Position numbers and translations under genes: made by a program. Below the pieces are notes generated by a model. It saw nothing but the letters and a program-made list of their open reading frames with translations, did not search any database and was not told the DNA's origin. This document shows, piece by piece, positions 24,843 through 39,043 of a stretch of DNA of 64,000 nucleotides. Position 1 is the stretch's first letter. Each line of letters starts with the position of its first letter. This stretch comes from Podarcis tiliguerta (Eukaryota): NCBI GenBank assembly GCA_965153285.1, contig OZ229126.1, one strand, 5' to 3'.

Positions 24843-27079
24843 GCCTAGGAGGTAGAGATTTGGATTTTAAACTCCCAGCTACCCATGAAGCTTGTTTGGG
24901 TGATTTTGGGCACATCCATAGCTTTGAAACAGCTGTTGCAACAAGAAAATGAGTGGGCAATATAACTGATATAGGAAAAATGACAGATAACAAGGTTTAA
25001 AATAATGTCTTAACATCAACAAAGGAATTCCAACCTCTGAGTTGTTTTTAGTTTCAATGACAACAATGTAAGCATGTGGCTCTCTTATTGTAGATTAGAC
25101 AAAGTAGCCTTATTCCCCCGCCACCTGCACTGCTTTCTTAAACAAATGTGACCTATTTTCTTGCTAACACCTCTTCTCTTGTTCTTATTTTTCTAAGATG
25201 CATGCTTAAAGTCTGCATAACAAAACATGTTGTGCCTTTACAACTAGAAATCTGAAAACAATTCAGCCATGAATAGTCATGGGAATTCATTAATATTAGA
25301 CACATTCTGATAAGTATCTGATGTATGATGTCTTCCCATTCCCATAATCTCAAGTGTGAATGCTGCATAGGCTGATATTAGATAAAAGGACTTTAAGTGT
25401 TAATTGGATTATTTTCCTCCCAAACCTCTAATGTGTGTGCCTTTCTCCCCAATACCTTCCATTGCCTGCTGAGTTAACTTCAGTGTGCATTTAGTTGCAA
25501 ATGAGAAATCTGAACTTGTAGAAAGTGCTAGACAGAATGGCTGTGTGATGCAAACATGACCACTAGGGAACTTTGTAGAACTGCTAGGCTACTTGTTACA
25601 AGAATAATTGTGTGCCTTTCTACAGTGAAGATTTTTAAGAATAAACATTGGCCTGGACAACGTTTAAGCAAACTGAACCCGATGTTATTAGAATTAAAAC
25701 ATCTCAGGCGGTGAGATGTAAAGTCACATAAGGTTAGGGATGTCTAATAGCATCTTTAGTAAGCACTATTGTTTCTGGGCTGGTGAAAGCAAGAATAAAT
25801 GCATCTCTCATCACCTTCCCAAAATGACAGAACTTCCTAGGTGAGATTCACCTAATCCCATCAGTGCAAGCCCTTCACAAGGACTTCCACTTCTGCAAAG
25901 GGGCTTTCTCTGTCCTCCCCTTGTGGCCCCTTGCACCTGCTGATGGGGGATGGGTTCAGAAGAACCCCCATAATGTTGTGTGGGGAGGAAAGAGTGGATC
26001 ATTCCATCTGGCAAGCTACAATGCTCATGCTGATGGGACATTTGCTAGAGCTCAACATTGAATTTCACCCCCAGGGTTCTATACCCTAAGCTAACAACTC
26101 CATTGCCACATTTTAGGTGAGCCCTTGCCCCAACCCCAGTTTTGTTAACTTATTGATGGGCAGGGCTCCGCTCTTTGCAGTTGTTTAACAAGCAGATAAA
26201 ACTTGGCCCATCACCAGATTGGCAGGTGTTATGCCAGGACACAGAAATTGCCAACTTTCTTGCAGCTTGGCCTTAACTAGCGCTAGTTCACTTATATCCT
26301 GCCCTTGCCCCCAGCTGACTTTATATAATGCTGTTCAAATTTTGAATTTTAGTTTTGTCATATAAGTGGACAGCTTGGAGGCAAATTTTAGTTAAGGCTA
26401 TGATTCTCAGCAATAATATAATCTGAGGCACATATTAGGCAGATATTTTAAAGAAGTGGCAGAAATAAAGAACCAGCAGGGGCAGAATAATGTCATCAGA
26501 ATGCATACCCTTTGAAAAATCACATGTTTAGCACTTTCCTCAACTTAGCAAGCATTTTTGTCATTAACCTATGTATATTTTTATTGCCAACACTCTTTCC
26601 AACATTAATTTGTTGATAAGCAGCTTAAAGGTTAGAAGGTTTTCACTTCAACACCACATACCATCACATCTGTGCATTTTATTTATAGACAGTAAAGTGT
26701 TAATTAAGAGTTTTATTTGACCTCAGATTCTTACAGTTCCGCAAATATATCTCTCTCTCCAAAAATTTCAGCTCAACAACGGCATAGCATATGAATGCTG
26801 ATCACATTTAATGCTGATGTTAACATATGGTCTAATTAAAAATTATAAAAAATAGTTCAGAATTTAAATAATTAAACCAAACTGTCATATGGGCATTTGA
26901 AATGTTTGCGTTTTTTTCTGGGTGTCCCCCCCCCCTCTTGACAACATAGCAGTGAAATCTTCCATCACGTCTGTTCCTTTAAAGTGCAAATTATTCAGTA
27001 AGCAAGTAGGATATTTCATTTAGTATAAATCGTGGAAAACATTTTCAGAACCATGTCGATCCTAACTTCTGGAAATGTT

Positions 27080-27410
27080 TCCAGAAGGTGGACTAAAAAG
27101 GGGGGAGGACATCTTTCCTGGCAATACATGATGTCATTGGTCAGTGAAAAAGAACAATAGACCAGGGGGCAGTCTTGACTTGAACTGGGCTGAAAAGAGA
27201 TCAGGCTTGACTTGCTCTCTGTACTTTATCCAAAGTTATGACTTCGCCTCTCCCTCTGATCCTAATGAGGGTTCAATGTATTTGGGACTATTAATGCTGT
27301 GAGCTCTTACACCTTCTGTTCAGTCTGTGTATATATGTGTAAATGAAACCAAATCACAAAGGCACCACAGACACCACTGACCTTCATTCTAAAAAAACCC
27401 ATCCCGAGGT
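27080..27410 (+). mobile_element. Decayed LTR fragment related to the 3' part of 31195-32120; ends approximate
   Basis: tatatatgtgtaaatgaaacc...aaaggcaccacagac.ccactg resembles 31996-32050. Confidence 0.4.
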
Positions 27411-28613
27411 GCATCATCATCATCATTTTATTATTTATACCTCGAGTTTTGTGGTTTGAAAGAGTAAATTTTTAAGCTGTTCCAGTTTTAATGGAAAGGC
27501 AGCTTAAACTATTTAAAGTGTGGTACCAGATCTGTTATATCACCTTGATTGTTCTACAAAAGAAAGTTTGAATAGAAAGGATGTAATAAGTTGTCATTAA
27601 CAATGGAGGAGAATTTTGCAGATTACTCCCTATACTAAAATAGCAATCTCAGGTATGTCATCCATCATAGATGCTATGCAATAAATTCACAAATCTACCA
27701 GTTTCTGAAATCCATTCTAATGTTGCTCAAACACATTCATGTAGAAATTCTCCACCATCTTAGTTTAAAAACAAACAAACAAACAAACCATTTTTTTTTG
27801 TTTTAATTCAAGTCTATTCATGCAGTTTTTGAAGTTGTTTTTGTATTCTACTTCTATTATGTGATATTTATCAACATTAAAATTTGGTTTCCACTTGTCA
27901 ACCTAGTTACAGAGTAGAACAGAATTCATTTACATTTGACTTACTGCCTGCAATGTGTGCAGTATTCGTCCCAATTTTATGTCATCAGCAACTTTAACAA
28001 TCTAGGTCAGTTATAAAAAGTAAGAAACCACAGAAGCTCTGGTAACGATGACCCTAATAAGACCCCAACTATTTTTCTCTCTCCCACTTTGAAGCATACT
28101 TTGAAGAAATGTTTTATCTTCTCTTCCTGGTGTAGTAAATAGAAGTATTCGGAAACATAGCTTTTATTCTTGAAAAATGAATCATTTTTACTCCATGATT
28201 TCATCCTCTTAGAATAGAAATGAACATTACCTTGCTTGGTAAGGAGACTGAAAATCTTTGGGAGAAAGGTCAAACTAAGTATTCTTAGGGCCCGGAATAT
28301 AAAACTTTAATTTTTGAGTGAAGCTGTAAAATGGCCTCATTTGCACAAGCTGGTACCTATAGCTGGAAATTCTGTCCACTAACTCCTGGATCCTGTTCAC
28401 CTTCATCACCAGCAAGGCTCTCATGTGCTTCTATAATCTCCAATTTAAATCCATGCTGCTTTTGCTAACTTATGTTCAGTGAATCAATTAAGGGCAAACA
28501 TGAAGTCAGTCACAATTTCTCGTTCTCACCACCGTGTTATCCTGGAATTGGCACTCAGGAAATGTATATTTTGTGGCTTCTTAGCAATTTCAGAATGGGC
28601 TTCTGACTACTAT

Positions 28614-28719
28614 TTGTTGTTGTTTAGTCGCGCCCGACTCTTCGTGACCCCATGGACCAGAGCACACCAGTCACTCCTGTCTTCCACTGCCTCCCGTAGT
28701 TTGGTCAGACTCATGTTGG
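28614..28719 (-). mobile_element. Bov-B (RTE) LINE extreme 3' end
   Basis: Encodes NMSLTKLREAVEDRSDWCALVHGVTKSRARL with a (caa)n tail. 13-bp TSD ttctgactactat at 28601-28613 and 28720-28732. Confidence 0.93.
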
Positions 28720-28867
28720 TTCTGACTACTATAGGCTTTGGCAAAAACCTAGCTGGGGGTTGTTCTTCTGCTTGCCAGGCAGAGTTATCCCAAGACATTT
28801 TAATGCCTGAGGCAAAGAATAGGATGGCACCATGCCCACTCCATCCCATGCATGCAAGATGTAAGTA

Positions 28868-29104
28868 CACTCGTACCTTGGTTCTCGAACGGAATCCATT
28901 CTGGAAGTCCGTCTGACTTCCGAAAACATTTGAAAACCAAGGTGCGGCTTCCCATTGGCTGCAGGAGCTTCCTACACTCAATCGGAAGCTGTGGAAGCAG
29001 CGTCGGATGTTCAGGTTCCAAAGAACATTCGCAAACTGGAACACTTACTTCCGGGTTTGCTGTGTCAAAAGGTACTAAGGCGTTCGACAACCAAAGTACG
29101 ACTG
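28868..29104. mobile_element. Second Tigger-like MITE family
   Basis: 24-bp imperfect TIR cactcgtaccttggttctcgaacg / cgttcgacaaccaaagtacgactg. TA at 28866-28867 and 29105-29106. Confidence 0.88.
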
Positions 29105-30200
29105 TACTGGCAGATGAATATTAGATCAACATTGGTGATGGAACAGTGCCCTCCATCACACCTGGGGGCAGCAGACAAGCTTAGAGGGTTTAGGACAGCC
29201 ATGTGGCATATACAACTCTGTCCTCCAACACATTGTCATTGTTCTCAGCCCCCTCATTCAGTTACCCTAGAATTAATCATAGGACCGGCCTTGTGGCGGG
29301 CAACTTCCAGATTTTCCCCTCCTGCATAATATTTTCCCGCAGAGATATAATCCAAGGGTGATTCTGCACCTGTCCTCTAGAGAAATGGACATCTATTTAT
29401 GCAATTGTACCTCCCCTTCTCCTCCCCTGCAGCCACAGTAACACCCAAAATTTCTTATGTTTAGTTTCTGCTACTGGGTGACAAATTCTACTGTATTGTT
29501 TCAGTGCTGATGGGTTTCTCTAATTCCTATGTTTGATCTGATGTTGATATGCTGAGTGATTCATCTTTTTAATTATTTTTGAGCAACTATATTTTAATTA
29601 ATGTAAAAAAAAATCATGTTAAGTTAATTACAAGTACTTGAGTGCCCTGACCTATGAGGAAAATAGAATATAATATATGTTATGTAGGAGTACCAAATTT
29701 TAACTGACAGCTTGTGTGCTATACTTCTAAGCATGCTAACCTAGAAATCAATTTCACTGAAACCAACAAGGCTGATTTCTGAGTAAACATGGTTAGAATT
29801 TTCTGTGTTGATGTATGTGTGTGTTATACACACAAGAGAATACTACATTTTAAAAATAAAATAAAATATTCAGATATGGAATAACACAAGGGGGGGGGGA
29901 GGAACAGTGGGGAATACAATTAAACATCAGTGTTAGCATAAAAGCCAAAGCTAATAAAAAAATACACCCCTGCTTAAACAAATGTATATTTACTACATGG
30001 TGGAAACTAAAAAGTAATGGGATCAGCTAAACATGCTGTGGGAGAAAATTTTACAGCTGCGGTATCCAGGCTGCAATCCTGGGCCCCCATTGATCCAGTG
30101 GGTAGGCATTAGTTCAAACCTCTATAGGTTTCTCAAGTTAACATTATTGGAATTTATGCCTGTTTACCCATTCCCACAAACAGATAAGACCAATGCAATG

Positions 30201-30426
30201 NNNNNNNNNNNNNNNNNNNNNNNNNNNNNNNNNNNNNNNNNNNNNNNNNNNNNNNNNNNNNNNNNNNNNNNNNNNNNNNNNNNNNNNNNNNNNNNNNNNN
30301 NNNNNNNNNNNNNNNNNNNNNNNNNNNNNNNNNNNNNNNNNNNNNNNNNNNNNNNNNNNNNNNNNNNNNNNNNNNNNNNNNNNNNNNNNNNNNNNNNNNN
30401 NNNNNNNNNNNNNNNNNNNNNNNNNN
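30201..30426. other. Assembly gap (226 N)
   Basis: Run of N. Confidence 1.
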
Positions 30427-30607
30427 TATCACCACCATCCTGCTTTTCCAGACAAAGAGCCCAAGTTACTTATTCTTCTTAAAGGTACACAAACAGAATT
30501 AGTATGCTTGGAGCTTGTTTAATGGATGAATATACAATTTCTCTATCAATTGCAGTTAAGACTGTAAACCATTCTCAACAGTACACTGTACCCTCATAGT
30601 TTTGGTG

Positions 30608-30863
30608 GAAGAAGAAGAAGAAGAGTTTGGATTTGATATCCCGCCTTTCAGTCCCTTTTAAGGAGTCTCAAAGCTGCTAACATTCTCCTTTCCCTTCCTC
30701 CCCCACAACAAACACTCTGTGAGGTGAGTGGGGCTGAGAGACTTCAAAGAAGTGTGACTGGCCCAAGGTCACCCAGCAGCTGCATGTGGAGGAGCGGAGA
30801 CGCGAACCCGGTTCCCCAGATTACGAGACTACCGCTCTTAACCACTACACCACACTGGCTCTC
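30608..30863 (-). mobile_element. tRNA-derived SINE (Squam3-like) with (ttc)n tail
   Basis: Minus strand starts gagagccagtgtggtgtagtggttaagagc (A box) followed by ggttcgcgtc (B-box-like). Matches copies at 53825 and 55625. Confidence 0.9.
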
Positions 30864-30987
30864 AGTAGATGCAAAACCTAACACAATACCTATAATATTT
30901 ATACCAAATCTTCTTCCTGTGTGTAGAAACTATATTTGCTTAAAACATACTTCATGATTCCCCACTCAGAAACAATATAGTTTCTTT

Positions 30988-31123
30988 TAGTGCTTTTTTT
31001 TTTCTGGGGTTACTCAAAGGTGTGCAGAACTGCCTCCCCCCATGTTAAAAGTGTGGCACTTACTATAACAATTTCATGGTGAGTACCGGCACCTTCTTTT
31101 CTTTTCCTTTTTAAAAAGCACTG
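30988..31123. mobile_element. Short non-autonomous DNA element with (c/t)agtgctttt...aaaagcactg ends; relative at 46396-46518
   Basis: Terminal inverted repeats and a shared internal ccggcacct motif. Confidence 0.6.
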
Positions 31124-31194
31124 GTTTTATGTTCTATTTTATGCTGAATGGAATGTAAGCATTAACAGTTATACAAACTGTCTTGCCTGCCTGC

Positions 31195-32120
31195 TGTGAG
31201 ATGTGGGGATGTACTGTATTAGCTGTAGGCCAGAAGGTCAGCTGAGTGACAGAGAAACTCAAGCTGTTTACATTGCTCCAAACAAGAGGTGATTATGTGT
31301 TTATATAAAGGAGCGAAGGCATCAATAGCCAGTAAATTCTAATTGGCCAGTTGTGGACATTCTGCTCCATCCCATCTGGTCATCACTACAGGCCAATGAG
31401 GGGGCAGGATACCACTCAGATTTAAATGATTGGCTGGGGATGGAGGGGAGGCTGGCTAGAGAAGATAAAAAGCTAGCCTCTGCTAAAGCTGTGCAGGTGT
31501 TGGTTAGTTGAAGGCAAAGCTGGAAGTTGGAGTCTGACACTCAGTTATGAGCTTGTGAGATGTGAGAAACCCTAAATTCCTGGGTCCAGTCTAAGTTAGA
31601 ATTAATCAAGGTTTGGGGAGGTAAACTGTGCCAAGCACTGAACCCCAGAATTCAGTGCTTGAGTTAAAAAAAAAAAAGCATCGTTAGAGGAACATAGCCT
31701 GAAAGTTCTTTATGCAAACGAAGGGGCAAGGAGATGGGTAATTAACAAAGCAGTTGCTCTGTGCCAGACAGCAGAGGAGTGTGAGGCTATCCTTCCTCGA
31801 GAGAGGTAGTTAGCTGGAGACAATAGGCCAGAGTTTTTTAGGACTGCAGTTGGCAATGAAGTGCTGACCAGAAACAAAAGCTAGGGAGCATGACTGATTT
31901 TTGTTTCGGATCCAAGGCAGTTGCACCTTTGGGAAAGATGCAAGAGACCCTTTTGGAGTGTAATGGTGGGAATCTCTCCATCATAGACTCAGGCTATATA
32001 TGTATGTAAATAAACCATATATCATAAAGACACAACAATCTCCGCTGTGCCTCATGTGCAAAACACAAGCCTGGACCCATGGAGTCTCACATCACTTGGC
32101 AACTAGGGTGGTGTGTAACA
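31195..32120 (+). mobile_element. Probable solo LTR; 5' end approximate
   Basis: AATAAA at ~32009, then a U5-like segment ending tgtgtaaCA at 32120. No TSD could be resolved. Confidence 0.5.
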
Positions 32121-33947
32121 ATATTAAGGGGCTTGGGTAAAAGGTAGCTGACAAGACTACAGATGAAGAAGAATAACTTCTGACTGTAGAAGCAACCTTC
32201 ACAAGAGTTCTATTGCTAGGTGTGAGTAGGATTTCTGGTGATCTGAGGAAAAAGTAGTTGATGGACCAGGAGAAAAACTGCAGGGAAAATCATGAGGGAG
32301 AAGAGATGGTAGATCAGGTTGAAAACCTCAGATACAATACTCGGTGCCTAGCTGGTGAGTGTTAACTCTGGAGAAGTGTTACTGGGAAATTGGCTTAAGA
32401 TTCAGAAACGTTGATGAACTGGTGCTCACACAGCTCTCAAAGTGACAGCGACCCTGTGTTATCCTTAGACATACCATTTGGAATTAACAGTAGCCTGATT
32501 GTTTGTACATTCCTGTTCAAAGGCACTGTAACAGTTAGCCAGCTAGGTCTTTTAAGTAAACACACATAAAACTATCACCATCTGTTAGTACTGATAATTT
32601 TTTAAAAAATATATATAATCAAATTTATTTTTGCAATGTATTTGGAACTCTGCTCTTTGTCCTTTGCTTAACCATAGCTACTGGTGGGTACTGTGAGAAA
32701 GAAAATAAATGGTGGCAAGGGTATCAAATGGTTAATAAAAACAGATATTGGGAAAAGTGAAGTGTGAGCTAGTGCTCAGTAATTAAGGGTGAAGGATTTT
32801 CCATATCTACATTTAGTGTTCCTCTGGAAGGGATTAAATCAGCCATAAAGTGAGGCTGCAATCCTAACCCCATGTGCCTGGGAGGGAGCCCAAATGAACT
32901 GAGTAGCTGTGAGCTTTCCCCATTTTAACACCCTCTTCCTCTTGGCACAGAATTAATTCCTTGTACCAGACAGTCAAAGCATTGTCGGTACATCATGCTT
33001 TTGCTTAGATCAGAGCAAGTTCTGTGGCTTGACTAACAGTGATCTTTATCTTAGTCTATAACTGGCTGACAACCATTGAGATAAACCCATTTCCTCTTTG
33101 GTTGGATTTGGATTGAATCCAGAATGACTGGAGCAACAGCTTCCCTGGATCACTGTTGGAGCTAATGAAGATGCCGGGAGTATTTCTAATATGGATTTCA
33201 CTGTATCTTCAGACATACCTTTTGAACTTTCATCTGATCAGCATCTGGAAACACATTTGCATTTTCTACACAGAATCTTAAGTGATATCTTATTTTTTTT
33301 ACTAAGGGCTTAGAATAAAAATCAGATTGAATTTCAGTGCATAATTAGATGTGTGTCTGATTATGTACAGGGTCAAGGACAGTTGCAGGTTTATGAGAAT
33401 AATGTAGGTGTTTAAAAGCCACAATTAATGTGTCAACTACACATATTCCCTGATATACTACCACTTTAACAGTTATCAGATGCATATTGTTTTTTTCAAA
33501 TGGAATAGAAAGGACAAGCAGAACAGTCCCTAGCTGCAGAAGGATCACCAGTTGCCAGTGGGAGCCCAACCCACTCTCTATTAAAAAATTAGATAATTCA
33601 GTTGTGCAGGATGTTACAGCAAGTGCCTTTTGCTTTCCATGAGTTCATATTGTGTATGTATGTGTGGGATTCCCAAGCAAGAAACAAAGCTGTGTTACGG
33701 AGTGATACTTCATCCTTAGATCTTGATCATATATTCTTTATAAATTATATTTGAGTCCTTGTGGGGAAAATTGATGTCTCCCTCACTTACAGTTATACTC
33801 TCAACACAAACAACAACTTTGCCTGGGGTTCGCTCTTATGTTCTTGGCCTTGACTGAATTCTGTTCATGGTGCAAAATTATTACATGAGGCAGTTTCACT
33901 GTCAAATCTGAAGCTCAAGCTCAATGTGCTACCACAAGCCTCCAGAT

Positions 33948-34171
33948 CCATGGTTCCCAACGTGAGGCACATGCCTGGGGGGGGCAATTTATTTTTTAAG
34001 GGGAGCAATTCGAGAAGGAGTTGTTAACAGTTAATGGCCTTTTAAGCTTCCTCCACTTGAATAGGAGTTCACTTTTTTTAATAATAAGAATTATATGTCA
34101 CGGAGCGGGGGGCATCAGGATTTTGAAAATGCTTAAGTGGGGCATGGCCAAAAAAAGGTTGGGAACCACTG
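33948..34171. mobile_element. hAT-Charlie-type MITE
   Basis: Ends ccatggttcccaac / gttgggaaccactg. 8-bp TSD ctccagat (33940-33947) / ctctagat (34172-34179), fitting the NTCTAGAN target preference of Charlie elements. Confidence 0.88.
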
Positions 34172-34434
34172 CTCTAGATAGTTGCACAAGGATGTGCCAA
34201 ACTGCAGCTTAAAGCCCTTTAAGTTGAAGTTGAATGCTGGTGGAGTGTAATCGAAATCAAGGAAAATAAATCACATTTGAACGTTAACATTAATGTAGAA
34301 ATTGGGTCATAAGTTTTGAGTTCAAATAGGTCAACAGTGATCTAGTCAAACACCCTCTTCAGAGACTGGAACATAATTTGTAAGCAGTTCCTTTCTGCTA
34401 GAGAAGAATCTACCAGAAATTTGGTGTTTCATGT

Positions 34435-34830
34435 GAGAACATAAAACCACCCTAGACCATCTTGTCCAGCATCCTGTTCTCACAGTAGCCAAAAGATGCC
34501 TCTCGAAAAACCACAGGCAGGGCCACCCTGTTTCCACTTTAATTCCCAGCAACTGGTTTTCAGAAGTATACTGCCTCTGCCACTGGAACTCGTACAAAGC
34601 CACAATGATTAGTAGCCACCAGATTTATCAAAACTTCTTTTAAAGTCATCCAGGTTGGTGGCAATCCTTACATCTTGTGATAGTGATACTTAAACTTTGT
34701 GCTCTGTGAAGAAATGATTTCCCTTGTCCTGCTTCTCTCCAACATTCAGCTTCATTGGGTGTTCCTTGGTTCCAGTATTATAAGAGAAAAAGGTTTCTCT
34801 AGTTGCTTTCTCAACACTATGCATCATTTT
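34435..34830 (-). mobile_element. Old CR1 LINE 3' end
   Basis: gaacataa..gaccatcttgtccagcatcctgttctcacagtagccaa.agatgcc tail. Confidence 0.7.
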
Positions 34831-35407
34831 ATGGTTATTTATCACACACAGCCCTTAGTTGCCTGCCACGTCTATGGCAAGGGTGCAGTATCTTTGTTTT
34901 TGTTCATAACTAGTAAAGCAAAGTAAGGTTAGGACACGTCACTTGATTTTGCACATCTAACTTGCATGTTTCGATCAGAAGTTCTACTAACAGAATTAAA
35001 CCTACACATGACCCTTCCATATTTTATATATGATAAGTGTGTCTGGACTGCATGCTGTATGCAGAAATATACAAACCAAAGTATGAGTTCATTCTTAATC
35101 AGTAATCAAATTGCATGCGGAGAAAGTCAACAGAATGAAGCATGCCTAATTCAGCATGGGATCACACTGTCATCTGCATCTGCCTATATACAAATCAGAT
35201 GATTTCACCTTGTATGTTGAATGCCAATTTGCAATGGCAAGAGATGCAGAAATACAACTTTTCCATTTCCTTTTTCACAGATTGTGGCCTCCCACTCTCA
35301 ATATGCATTATGTTGGGAATGTTTGAACTACAGTTCTTCCGAACCACTAGCAAATGTGTTAAGCTAAGCAGCTTCCAATATGGTTTCGAATTGGATGGGG
35401 GACCGCA

Positions 35408-35483
35408 AGTTGAGATTCCTTCATTGCAGGGGGTTGGACTTAGATAGCCCTCAGGATCCCTTCAAATAATTCAATTATTCTGA
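35408..35483 (+). mobile_element. Short CR1 3' tail
   Basis: gagattccttcattgcagggggttggact..gat..ccc..ggatcccttc, as at 40510-40580. Confidence 0.7.
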
Positions 35484-35834
35484 ATTTGGTGACTATAGAT
35501 CTTTTAATGGCCACAACTATAAGCACACTTCAGAATTATTTCCATTTTTGTGTGAATTGGTATAGGATGTAATCAATGTTAATTATGGTGTAGCCCACTC
35601 ACCCCAGCCTTTATTAGTCATTCTATATGAGTCCCCTTGTGCAGCTATTAAGAGAGGCTGCACTTCATAGCTAGTAGTTAAGTCCATAAACTGGAAGACC
35701 ATTGAACAAACTGTAGCACAGGTAAAAATCATGTCCTGGTCTCAGGACGTAGTTAAAGGTAACCTTGCTGAAGTTAAGCAGTGCTACATTTGCTCAGTAG
35801 CTGGATCAGTGACCACCTGGATATCCCATTGTGA

Positions 35835-36052
35835 AGTGCAAGTAGATAAATAGGTACCGTTCCGGTGGGAAGATAAACAGCATTTCCGTGCACTGCTCTG
35901 GTTTGCCAGAAGCGGCTTAGTCATGCTGGCCACATGACCCGGAAGCTGTCTGAGGACAAACGCTGGCTCCCTCAGCCTATAGAGCGAGATGAGCGTGCAA
36001 CCCCAGAGTTGTTCACGACTTGACCTAATGGTCAGTGGTACCTTTACCTTTA
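35835..36052 (+). mobile_element. Sauria SINE, 5'-truncated
   Basis: Reverse complement of the 62351 copy. (acctttt)-type tail gtacctttacctttacc. TSD ccattgtga / ccattgaga. Confidence 0.92.
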
Positions 36053-38137
36053 CCATTGAGATCATTAACTGAATCAGGAACAGTGAAGCATAGAATTAAA
36101 CTGCAGGACTTCATCTCACTTTTTCTTTTCTTTTTGTAATATCCATCCCTAACCAAAACAGCCCTAACTTACACATATAAGCATATAAAATGCACAATTT
36201 TATCCTATTTTAATTATAGGAATGGCTAAAAAAGTAATGTCCAAAATGTATCTAATTGGTGTGATAGATGTACAAATTAACATATTTGGCTTACTAACAT
36301 TTTGGCAGCAAACCTACATTTTTTATTTATACCCACCTGTGTAATGAGTGCTAGAGAGATAAATGATTAAGGGATTTCCCTGTAGTTACTGAACATATGG
36401 TGCATTCCAGTATTCTGTTGTACCCACAATGGTATTGTTTTGATAACAAATGCTTTGCATAACAATTTTTATACATGTGCTTCTCATGATAATTGATTAA
36501 TTTATTTAATGGGGGAAAGGCACTTCCATATTTCATCATAGTCCAACCCCCTTGTGAAGTTTCTGTTCTCAATTTGATTTGTGCTCTGTCCAAACGCTGA
36601 AAGGGAGATGTGATTAAAACAGGTATTGAGGTATTCATGATAGTAGAAAAGCATTCCTTTTCTAGGTAAGGTTGTTTGTGAAATAGAAGAGTCCTCAACT
36701 CTATAAGCTACATATTATCAAGCATAAATCAGAACTGGCACAATCTAACTGAAGCTGAGCACTTTTCAGTCTCAGTTATTTTCCTTTCTCCACTGAAATA
36801 TATGCTTACCTTCAGCTTGCATTGTGTTCTCAAGTTTTCATTTTTAGCCATTATATTAGCAAGAAATTACTAAATGTTCCTATATCTTAAAGGGATTCAG
36901 CTAGTTGAAAAAGGGAGTATATCTTCTGAAAACACAGGGAAAAAAACCCCAAAACAAAACCATTGAGTGGTTACGGTTACCATTTATGGATCATTTATCT
37001 GTGTGCATCTTTTGGGGGATGGGGGTTTCAACCCTAAAAATTCTTAGGAGATATCATTAGACTGGTACAACTTATAATGGAAAAATCAATGCGGTGAGAA
37101 AATTAAATTTTACTGAGAGCCTTTAGGCAAAGTGCAATGTTAAAAATGCATCTTAGTTTCCCTTGTGGTTTAGAGGAAAGGGAAGAAATGGAATCTGGGT
37201 TAGCTGTCAGCAAACAACATTTTTTTAATATAAACTGGCTAGACAGCCTGTGAACTAAACTCTTAATGCTTACTTCCTTGATTACTTAATATTGTGAAAA
37301 TAACCAGTCTAATTTGATAATTTGAAAGGTCAGAAGCTTCCTTAATCCCATTTTCTTCAAAGTTTGTCAGAATCAATGAGTAGATTTTTCCTACCAGGAA
37401 CAAGATTTTATTGAAGGAAAACTGATTTATGTTAACTTACACAGCAATGACATCTGAATCCCTAGAGAGTGAATGTGAATATGAGAGAGTCTGAAACAGA
37501 ATACAGTGTTTGTGGTTTATCTGAAAAGCAAACCAGATTCTCCCCCCCACACCCCCACCTTTTCTTTTCTGAGATAAGCATTTTTAGCTGTCATCATCAA
37601 TGATCACTGTCCTGGTTGGAAGACATTTGAAATGTATACAGGACAGATGGTATGTTGAACAAGCATACATCAATTAGTTTACAAGAAAATTCAAACTTTC
37701 TACATGAAATTATGCAAATAAGTGAAATGATGGAAACTAATGTATTAACTGTTGCAAATTAGATGACTTTTTTTTTGTCTAATTGCACTCACAGACTGAA
37801 AATTGTGCACTACCGTAAGACACTAAAGCAACATGAAATGTAAATCAAAGTTGCGACTTATGTAAAAGATTGCATTGGGATGCATGAAAAGAATTATAAT
37901 TAGGACAGAATTCGCTCAGAATAAAGGCCTACTATTAGGCATCAATTTAAGACTACGAGAGTTTGGGAATGTATCCAAGTCTCGTTCTTCCTGCTTCCCA
38001 GTAATATCTGGTGATAATGAATGTGTGAAATAGAATGGAGGTGAGGATAATTATGATATGATGACATCATGTCATGAGTTTTGAATCCGCATGGGTTGTG
38101 AAGGTGATACAGGTCTACTGGTGGTTGGTGGGGTTGC

Positions 38138-38420
38138 AGAGATTGGAAAATGTTTATTGAATATATGGAAATTAATTGTGTACAGCTGAAAACACTGGCA
38201 GCATTAAGAGAAATTCAACAGTGTAAATACGTTTTGATGGATGCAATAATGGAAAACTGATTGGTATAGTTTTTGGAAAATATGCAGGGATATATGTAAA
38301 TTGAACCATGGAAAGAGAGGAAAGGAAGTCATTGATATCTTAAATATGTAAAATGTTTATTTGAAATTGTAAAACAGAAAATTTAATTAAAATTATATTT
38401 AAAAAGAACAAATAAATAAT
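38138..38420 (+). mobile_element. L1-type LINE 3' end (ORF2 C-terminus, 3' UTR, A-rich tail)
   Basis: Translates DWKMFIEYMEINCVQLKTLAALR, followed by an AT-rich UTR and A-rich tail. Family assignment is from recall. Confidence 0.55.
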
Positions 38421-38987
38421 TGTGCAATTCCATACTGATAATGTGAAACATTGTTGCAGAACTTACAAATAAATTCTTTCAGGCTCACTATTATCTGTGC
38501 CTGTAGTGATCCACCACCCATTTAAGTTGATGGGGACCCAACACTTATTTATTGATAATGAACAGTTATATCAGGGTTTTTTTAAAAAAAAATATGACAT
38601 GATTGATCATGGGATATATCCTGGAGCGAGATGACTGAGGAATATAGGACAGAATAGGAAGCAGACTGAGGAACAAGTACAACTGGAGGAAAGAAGAGCA
38701 TGAATAGAAATGGGTTGAAGACAGGCAATTTAGGGTCAAGGAGAAAACAGAGTGGTGGCAAAACCTCCACAGGAACAGATATACTGTTGTCTAGAAGAGA
38801 ACAAATAGGCATCAAGTGCTAGGGAAATGAGTTTTGTGCTTTTCACTGCTAAGTCTCCTAAAGCACAAGCAGCTACTAGAAATGGCAAGAATGCAATGTA
38901 CTGATTATATTTAAAACCTACTGCCTTAACTACTGAAAAAAGAGTAAAAATAATAGTGACTCATTTCATGGTTAGTATTAAAAATAA

Positions 38988-38988
<1 letters not shown>

Positions 38989-39034
<46 letters not shown>

Positions 39035-39043
39035 TACTATTAC
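38989..39043. repeat. (TTA)n microsatellite
   Basis: Read directly from the sequence. Confidence 0.95.

Noticed and set aside
29820-30200. Possible LINE 3' UTR next to the gap
   Set aside because: No diagnostic motif or second copy in the window to support a call.
30033-30522. ORFs spanning the N run
   Set aside because: Artefacts of the assembly gap.
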